Shown here: positions 37,985 to 44,458 of the stretch, piece by piece
Layout of the letters: each line of letters opens with the position of its first letter
How positions within the stretch are numbered: position 1 is the first letter of the stretch
Assembly: GCA_038042445.1 (NCBI GenBank)
Contig: JBBTED010000022.1
Location: 1 to 44,458 of the forward strand
DNA: 44,458 nt
Origin: Candidatus Firestoneibacteriota bacterium
Lineage (GTDB): Bacteria; Oederibacteriota; D2-FULL-39-29; JBBTED01
Direction of reading: 5' to 3'
Notes under the pieces: generated by a model
The model's input: the letters and a program-made list of their open reading frames with translations, nothing else
Told to the model about the DNA's origin: nothing
Database searches by the model: none
Made by a program: the position numbers and the translations under genes

Positions 37985-38111
37985 AAACTGTGTCATAATG
38001 GTAGCCGCAGGCTTTAGCCTGCGAAAAAATGGTAAAAAAAATAATACCGCAAGCTAAAGCTTGCGACTACCACTACAAAGAGAATTAAAAAATAGAATTA
38101 TAACACAGTTT
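37985..38111. mobile_element. MITE (ACTGTGTCATAAT TIR family) carrying a GTAG family B REP doublet
   Basis: AAACTGTGTCATAAT ... ATTATAACACAGTTT (14/15); internal GGTAGCCGCAGGCTTTAGCCTGCG and inverted CGCAAGCTAAAGCTTGCGACTACC. Confidence 0.8.
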
Positions 38112-38146
38112 TCAAAAGTACTAATGTAACTATAACTATAAAATAT

Positions 38147-39550
38147 ATGGAATTAAAAGATAAAAATATTTTAGTGGTTGGTCTTGGGAAAAGTGGAATT
38201 TCTGCATCAAAATTTCTTGCTAAAAAAGGTGCGAAAGTTACGGCGACTGATTTAAAAAGTTATGAAGAGTTAAAAGGGAGTATTGTTCAGCTTGAAGGAA
38301 TGGGTATAAAACTTGAATTAGGGGAGCATAAAGATCAGGTTTTGTATGGAATGGATTTAATTATTATAAGTCCTGGAGTGCCGATGAATAGTTCGTTTAT
38401 ATTGAATGCGAAAAAACAAAATATTCCTATTATCGGTGATTTAGAGTTGGCATATAATTTTATAAATCATCTTCCAATAGTAGCAGTTACAGGAACAAAG
38501 GGAAAAACTACCACTACGACATTAATAGGTGAAATCTTAAAAGAAGATGGACGAAAAGTTGTAGTAGCAGGTAATATTGGTAAACCTATTTGTGATGAAA
38601 TTGAAGAAATCACAGATGAGCATATAATTGTTCTTGAGGTTTCCAGCTTTCAGCTTGAAACGATTACTAAATTTAAGCCGCATATAAGTATAGTATTAAA
38701 TGTAACAGTCGACCATATGGATAGATATGAAAATGTACAGGAATATGTTGAAGCCAAAATGTTAATAGTCAAAAATCAAAATGAAAAGGACTACATAATT
38801 TTAAACAATGAGAATAAATATTCTCCATTATTTTTAGCAAGTACAAATGCAGTACCAATTTATTTTTCAGGAGTAACTCCTGTTGATGTGGGTGCTTTTT
38901 TGAAAGGTGAACAATTGACAGTAAATATACAGGGCACAGATAAAGAAATATGTTCATTTAAGGATTTAAAGATAAAGGGGCCTCATAATATAGAAAATGT
39001 ATTAGCTGCAATATCTACAGTAGAATTACTTAAAGTGTCACAGGAAAATATAAAAAATGCTGTTTTGAAATTTTCTGGAGTAGAACATAGACAGGAATTT
39101 GTGCGTGAGATAAATAAAATTACATTTATAAATAATTCACAAGGAACCAATGTGGATGCAGTTATGAAATCATTGTTGAGCTATGATATGCCAATTATTT
39201 TAATTGCTGGAGGAAGAGATAAAGGTGGAGATTTTACACTTTTGAGGGAGATTGTTAAGGAAAGAGTTAAAGCGATAGTATTAATTGGTGAAGCAAAAGA
39301 ATTAATACATAAAGCCTTGGATGGTAGTACAACGATATATGAGGAAAGTTCTTTTGAAAGTGCAATAAAATTGTCTTATTCTTTGGCAAAGTCGGGTGAT
39401 TGCGTATTGCTTTCACCAGGATGCGCAAGTTTCGATATGTTTAAAAATTATGAAGAACGCGGAAGGATATTTAAAAACGTAGTTTTAAATTTATGGTCTG
39501 GCGAAAAAAATATGGTTCAACCATTCCCTTTGGTCACGGACCATAGTTAA
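38147..39550 (+). CDS. murD: UDP-MurNAc-L-Ala:D-Glu ligase
   Basis: GLGKSG, SPGV, GKTTT, GNIG, LEVSSFQLE, DHMDRY, GGRDKG, SPGCASFDMF. Confidence 0.95.
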   Translation: MELKDKNILVVGLGKSGISASKFLAKKGAKVTATDLKSYEELKGSIVQLEGMGIKLELGEHKDQVLYGMDLIIISPGVPMNSSFILNAKKQNIPIIGDLELAYNFINHLPIVAVTGTKGKTTTTTLIGEILKEDGRKVVVAGNIGKPICDEIEEITDEHIIVLEVSSFQLETITKFKPHISIVLNVTVDHMDRYENVQEYVEAKMLIVKNQNEKDYIILNNENKYSPLFLASTNAVPIYFSGVTPVDVGAFLKGEQLTVNIQGTDKEICSFKDLKIKGPHNIENVLAAISTVELLKVSQENIKNAVLKFSGVEHRQEFVREINKITFINNSQGTNVDAVMKSLLSYDMPIILIAGGRDKGGDFTLLREIVKERVKAIVLIGEAKELIHKALDGSTTIYEESSFESAIKLSYSLAKSGDCVLLSPGCASFDMFKNYEERGRIFKNVVLNLWSGEKNMVQPFPLVTDHS

Positions 39551-39556
39551 ATAATT

Positions 39557-40660
39557 ATGTTAGCAATTAAAACACGTGCAGATGCAGTTTTGCTTTTTGT
39601 TACTATAATATTGGCAGAAATTGGTTTAGTAATGGTATACAGCACAAGCAGTATACTTGCATATCAACAGTATGGCGACGCTTTTTATTTTTTAAAAAAA
39701 CAATTTATATGGGTTTTAATTGGAGTAATTGTGATGGTTGTACTATCTAATATTTCATATCAGACACTTTGTAAGATGTCCGGTATAATTTTAATTTTTA
39801 CAATTATTTTATTGGTTTTGGTTCTTGTTCCACATATTGGTAAAAGTGTTGGTGGTGCAAGGAGATGGCTTGGACTGGGGCCTGTAAATTTTCAGCCAAG
39901 TGAGTTAGTGAAAGTAGCATTAGCATTATATATGGCAGATTCTCTTTCGAAAAAAGGCGAAAATATAAAAAATTTTACAAATGGTGTGTTTCCCTATTTA
40001 TTAATAATTGCAATTTTAGGGTTGTTGCTGATAAAACAGCCGGATTTAGGTACAGCAGTAATAACCGGTTTGATTGGAATGATTTTGTTATTTACTGCTG
40101 GTGCAAGAATATCTCATATAAGTGTACCTATTTTATGTGCAATTCCGGCATTATATTTGCTTATAAGCAATACCGGATACAGATACCATCGTATTTTGGC
40201 ATTTTTAAAGCCATGGGAAGATCCAAAGGGGATTGGATTTCAAATGGTGCAGTCTTTTATAGCGCTTGGTTCAGGTGGTATATTTGGTGTTGGACTTGGA
40301 GAAAGCAAACAGAAATTATTTTATCTTCCTGCGGCACACACAGATTTTATATTTTCTATAATCGGTGAGGAATTAGGACTAATTGGCACTTCTATAATAA
40401 TTATATTGTTTATAGTAATTTTAATAAGAGGTATGAGAGTTGTAATCAGAGTAAATGAATTATCCGGAAAATTACTTGCAACAGGAATAACTGCAATAAT
40501 TTTTTTGCAGGCAGTACTAAACATTGCAGTGGCAACAGGTTCTATGCCAACAAAAGGGTTGGCTTGTCCTTTTATAAGTTATGGAGGGTCGTCTTTAGTT
40601 TTTAATATGGCGAGTATTGGTATATTGCTGAATATATCAAAAAATGTACAAGATAAATGA
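39557..40660 (+). CDS. ftsW: SEDS peptidoglycan glycosyltransferase FtsW
   Basis: GARRW, FQPSE, QPDLGT, HTDFIFS, GEELG, SYGGSS. Confidence 0.96.
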   Translation: MLAIKTRADAVLLFVTIILAEIGLVMVYSTSSILAYQQYGDAFYFLKKQFIWVLIGVIVMVVLSNISYQTLCKMSGIILIFTIILLVLVLVPHIGKSVGGARRWLGLGPVNFQPSELVKVALALYMADSLSKKGENIKNFTNGVFPYLLIIAILGLLLIKQPDLGTAVITGLIGMILLFTAGARISHISVPILCAIPALYLLISNTGYRYHRILAFLKPWEDPKGIGFQMVQSFIALGSGGIFGVGLGESKQKLFYLPAAHTDFIFSIIGEELGLIGTSIIIILFIVILIRGMRVVIRVNELSGKLLATGITAIIFLQAVLNIAVATGSMPTKGLACPFISYGGSSLVFNMASIGILLNISKNVQDK

Positions 40661-41748
40661 AAGTAATTATATCTGCAGGTGGTACTGGCGGACATTTTTT
40701 TCCGGCAATAGCTATAGCGGAGGAATTGAAAAAAAGAATTATAGGGTGTGAAGTATTATTTATAGGCACAGGTCGTGAATTGGAAAGCAAAATGCTAAAA
40801 GAAAGAGGATTTAATTTTATGGCTATACACAGTTCAGGCATAAAAAAGAAAATTTCTTTAAATACGTTTAAGGCAATATTTGAATTGTTTCGCGGATTTA
40901 CAGAATCAATAAAAATTATGCGCAAAATAAAACCGAATATAGTAGTAGGAATGGGAAGTTATGTATGTGTTCCTGTGATTTTAGCATCAAGTTGTTTAAA
41001 TGTTCCAACATTGATTCACGAACAAAATCTCTTGCCGGGAAGAGCAAATAGATTATTGGGTTATATTGTAGATAAAATAGCTATAAGTTTTGAGGATAGC
41101 ACGAAATATTTTCCTAAAGGCAAGGTGGTTTTAACAGGAAATCCTATAAGGGAAAATATTATCACTAAAAATAGAAATGAAGCTATAAAGGATTTAGGAT
41201 TTGATAGCTCGAAGAGGACGATTCTTGTATTTGGTGGTAGTCAGGGAGCACATTCTGTTAATTATTGTTTTCTTGAGGTGTTGAAATATATAAATTCTTA
41301 CAAAGAAAAAATTCAGATAATTTGGGCAACAGGAGAAAAAGACTATCAGGAGATTTCAAATTTGGCTAAAAATTGTCCGATTAAAACTCTAATTTCTCCA
41401 TTTTTTGTGAATATGGCAGAGGTATATGCAATTGTGGATTTAGCAATATGTAGGTCCGGCGCTACTACAATAGCAGAATTAACAACTAAGGGCATTCCTG
41501 CAATATTTATTCCTTATCCATATGCCACAAATAATCACCAGGAGCTAAATGCTGATTTTGTAAGTTCGCATTCAGGAGGTATAACATTACTTGAGAAAAA
41601 TTTAAATGGTAAGGTTTTAGCAGATGCAATTATTGATATTATAGATAATACGGAAAAACTAAAAAATATGTCAGAAGCTATGAAGAAAATTGCTAAACCA
41701 GAAGCAGCAAAAGCAGTAGTAGATTTAATAACAAAAACTTATGGTTAA
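40657..41748 (+). CDS. murG: Lipid II GlcNAc transferase
   Basis: GGTGGH, HEQN, GNPIR, GGSQGA, RSGATT, HQELNA. Confidence 0.97.
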   Translation: MKVIISAGGTGGHFFPAIAIAEELKKRIIGCEVLFIGTGRELESKMLKERGFNFMAIHSSGIKKKISLNTFKAIFELFRGFTESIKIMRKIKPNIVVGMGSYVCVPVILASSCLNVPTLIHEQNLLPGRANRLLGYIVDKIAISFEDSTKYFPKGKVVLTGNPIRENIITKNRNEAIKDLGFDSSKRTILVFGGSQGAHSVNYCFLEVLKYINSYKEKIQIIWATGEKDYQEISNLAKNCPIKTLISPFFVNMAEVYAIVDLAICRSGATTIAELTTKGIPAIFIPYPYATNNHQELNADFVSSHSGGITLLEKNLNGKVLADAIIDIIDNTEKLKNMSEAMKKIAKPEAAKAVVDLITKTYG

Positions 41749-43111
41749 AAAAAAGGAGCATATACATTTTATCGGTATTGGTGGAATAGGTATGAGTGGA
41801 ATTGCAGAAGTATTGCTGAATTTAGGGTATAAAATTTCGGGCTCAGACTTAAAAGACAGTGAAATGCTTGAAAGGTTGAAAAAACTTGGAGCGAAAGTAT
41901 TCATAGGGCACAGTAGTGACAATATAAGCGGAGCTGATGTGGTGGTGTTTTCTCAGGCTGTTGCGAAAGATAACCCTGAGCTTGAGTTTGCTAAAAAACA
42001 GAAAATACCGATTATACCAAGAGCAGAAATGCTTGCAGAATTAATGCGTCTTAAATATGGTATTGCTGTAGGTGGAACTCATGGAAAAACAAGTACTACA
42101 TCTATGGTGGCAATGGTTTTAAGAGAAGCAAAACTTGATCCCACAATAGTAATTGGTGGAAAATTAAATGTATTGGGAAGTAATGCTAAGCTTGGCAAAG
42201 GGAAATTTCTTGTAGCAGAAGCAGATGAAAGCGATGGTTCATTTTTACATTTAAGTCCAACAATAGTTGTTGTTACAAATATAGATAATGACCATTTGGA
42301 TTATTATAAAACTATGAAAAATGTTAAAACCAGCTTTACAAATTTTATAAATAAAGTTCCATTTTATGGACGAGCTATAGTTTGTATTGATGATTTTAAT
42401 ATAAATGAAGTGCTTAAATCTGTTACAAAAAAATATATATCTTATGGAATTTCAATGGTTGCGGATATTAAAGCAAAAAACATAAAATTGAATGCATTTG
42501 GTTCTGTATTTCAAGTAGAAGCTTATGGAAAAGAAATGGGGATACTTAAATTAAGTGTGCCTGGTATTCACAATATACAAAATGCATTAGCGGCTTTTTC
42601 AGTTGGTTTAGAGCTAAATATTAAATTTTGCGATATAGCAAATGGTTTGAAAAAATTTACAGGTGTGCATAGAAGATTTGAATTATTAGGTAAGCCAAAA
42701 GATATATGGGTAATTGATGATTATGCACATCATCCAACAGAGTTAAAAGCAACTTTAGATGCAGTGAAAAATTTAGGCAGGAAAAAAATAATAGCTATAT
42801 TTCAGCCACATCGTTATACACGAACGCAATTTTTATACAATGAGTTTCATAAAGCATTTAAAGATATACAATATGTTTTAATAACAGATATATATTCTGC
42901 AGGAGAGACTCCAATTCCGGGAATAACTGCAGAGCTTATAGTGAAGAATTTGAAAAAGCATGGGAATAAAAATGTGTATTGTGTCAAAACAAAAGAAGAA
43001 GCTTTTGAAACTGCAAAAAAAATAGCCAAAAAAGGTGATGTAATAATAACACTTGGAGCTGGCGATATAAGAAAAGTTGCTCAGAATTTATATGATAATT
43101 ACAAGAGATAG
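41741..43111 (+). CDS. murC: UDP-MurNAc:L-alanine ligase
   Basis: GIGGIGMSG, GTHGKTSTT, EADESD, DDYAHHPTE, FQPHRYTRT. Confidence 0.98.
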   Translation: MVKKKEHIHFIGIGGIGMSGIAEVLLNLGYKISGSDLKDSEMLERLKKLGAKVFIGHSSDNISGADVVVFSQAVAKDNPELEFAKKQKIPIIPRAEMLAELMRLKYGIAVGGTHGKTSTTSMVAMVLREAKLDPTIVIGGKLNVLGSNAKLGKGKFLVAEADESDGSFLHLSPTIVVVTNIDNDHLDYYKTMKNVKTSFTNFINKVPFYGRAIVCIDDFNINEVLKSVTKKYISYGISMVADIKAKNIKLNAFGSVFQVEAYGKEMGILKLSVPGIHNIQNALAAFSVGLELNIKFCDIANGLKKFTGVHRRFELLGKPKDIWVIDDYAHHPTELKATLDAVKNLGRKKIIAIFQPHRYTRTQFLYNEFHKAFKDIQYVLITDIYSAGETPIPGITAELIVKNLKKHGNKNVYCVKTKEEAFETAKKIAKKGDVIITLGAGDIRKVAQNLYDNYKR

Positions 43112-44006
43112 ATTTATAAGAGATGTTTGTAGATTGTTAGGTAAAAATGTTAAGTGTGATGTTTTAATGGCAGATTATACATCACTTAAAATTGGTGGAA
43201 AACCTTATGCTTTATGTATAGTGAACAAAATAGAAGAATTGGTTTTATTAATTAAAATGTTAAAACGATATAAAAGAAAATATGTGATACTTGGTGCAGG
43301 TACAAATGTATTAATAAATGATAAAAGTATTAAAGAGGTAGTAATAAAATTAGATGGTGATTTTAAAAAATATAAATTTTCATCATCAGGTTTAACAGCA
43401 GGAGCAGGAGTTTTGCTGCCAAAATTAATTTCTGAATCTGTCCGTCGTGGAATTAGTGGGTTTGAACCATTAGCTGGCATACCGGGAACAGTTGGCGGAG
43501 CTGTCCGAATGAATGCAGGAACGCGTTTAAGTGAAATATCAAAAATAGTAAGTAGTGTAACTGTTTTAGACGGAAACCTTAAAAAGCATATTATTAATAA
43601 AGATAAAATACAGTTTGGATACAGAAAGAGTATATTTGCAAAAAAAAATTGGATTATTGTCCATGTAAAATTTTCTTTTAAAAAAGGGAAAATAAAAAAA
43701 TTAAAAGAAACTATGCAAAATATTTTAAAGATGCGACTATCTACACAGCCACGAGGGGTTCATTCTGCAGGATGTATGTTTAAAAATCCTAAGAAAAATA
43801 TTTCTGCAGGCAAATTAATAGATTCTGCAGGTTTTAAAGGTTTTAAAATAGGTAATGCTCAAATTAGCCCTGTGCATGCAAATTTTTTGATAAATATTGG
43901 GAATGCTAAATTTAAAGAAGTTATTAAATTGATGAAAGCAGTAAAGTCAAGGATTAAGGATAAATTTAATATAGCATTGACTCCGGAAATTATTATATGG
44001 AACTGA
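43077..44006 (+). CDS. murB: UDP-GlcNAc-enolpyruvate reductase (true start may be ATG 43092)
   Basis: IGG, GAGTNVL, GIPGTVGGAVRMNAG, SAGCMFKNP, HANF. Confidence 0.96.
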   Translation: MLRIYMIITRDRFIRDVCRLLGKNVKCDVLMADYTSLKIGGKPYALCIVNKIEELVLLIKMLKRYKRKYVILGAGTNVLINDKSIKEVVIKLDGDFKKYKFSSSGLTAGAGVLLPKLISESVRRGISGFEPLAGIPGTVGGAVRMNAGTRLSEISKIVSSVTVLDGNLKKHIINKDKIQFGYRKSIFAKKNWIIVHVKFSFKKGKIKKLKETMQNILKMRLSTQPRGVHSAGCMFKNPKKNISAGKLIDSAGFKGFKIGNAQISPVHANFLINIGNAKFKEVIKLMKAVKSRIKDKFNIALTPEIIIWN

Positions 44007-44458
44007 AAAAAACAAAAATTGGGGTGTTAATGGGTGGTTGGTCTCCTGAAAGAGAGATTTCTCTTAAAACAGGGCAAAATATTACAGATACTTTAAAAGA
44101 GGCTGGTTATAATGTTGTAGGTATTGATATTGGTAAATCTTTAAAAGGTGGTAAATATATTCCGGAAAAATTACTTAAACATAAGATTAAAATAGCATTT
44201 ATAGCATTGCATGGTCCTTATGGTGAAGATGGCATTATACAAGGAATGCTGGAATTACTTGGAATTTCATATACAGGTTCTGGTGTTTTGGCTTCTGCTT
44301 TGGCAATGGATAAAATATTGTCTAAGCAGATATTTAAAAACAATAAAATTTTAACTCCAGATTTTCAGGTTGTTAAAAAAGATGAGAATTTTAAATTAGC
44401 ACTAAATTTGCCGGTTATTGTAAAACCAAATTCTCAAGGGTCAGCTATAGGAGTAAGT
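43997..44458 (+). CDS. ddl: D-alanine--D-alanine ligase (5' part, runs off the window)
   Basis: Manual translation: MELKKTKIGVLMGGWSPEREISLKTG...IALHGPYGEDG...YTGSGVLASALAMDK...VKPNSQGSAIGV; absent from the ORF track because there is no stop. Confidence 0.95.
   Translation, partial: MELKKTKIGVLMGGWSPEREISLKTGQNITDTLKEAGYNVVGIDIGKSLKGGKYIPEKLLKHKIKIAFIALHGPYGEDGIIQGMLELLGISYTGSGVLASALAMDKILSKQIFKNNKILTPDFQVVKKDENFKLALNLPVIVKPNSQGSAIGVS

Overview
This is an AT-rich bacterial chromosome segment, almost entirely on the + strand. The host is probably diderm (phosphate porin, mDAP-type MurE); taxonomy cannot be assigned from the sequence alone. There are four blocks. (1) 1-16.1 kb: a co-oriented accessory catabolic cluster with two URO-D/MtaA-fold proteins, GH116, an AlkP/NPP phosphodiesterase, two Gfo/Idh/MocA dehydrogenases, a sulfatase, a nucleoside hydrolase, a highly divergent RuBisCO-like protein (form IV) and a GH2 beta-mannosidase. 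(2) 16.4-25.9 kb: a CDF metal exporter and a complete Pho locus (phoB-phoR-porin-pstSCAB-phoU) with a four-unit Pho box. (3) 26.0-30.3 kb: dxr-rseP-ispG and a reverse-strand RelE-type toxin-antitoxin pair. (4) 30.5-44.5 kb: the dcw cluster from mraZ to a partial ddl. Two things stand out. First, the RuBisCO-like protein has an unusual active site and sits in a glycoside/sulfate/phosphodiester/nucleoside catabolic cluster, a candidate new sugar(-acid) pathway. Second, tiny non-autonomous elements (GTAG- and TGTCA-type REP hairpins, several MITE families, a 27-nt hairpin) insert into each other's hairpin loops up to four layers deep. They have also entered protein-coding genes in frame (GH2 and the essential murE). 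No transposase, rRNA, tRNA or CRISPR was seen.
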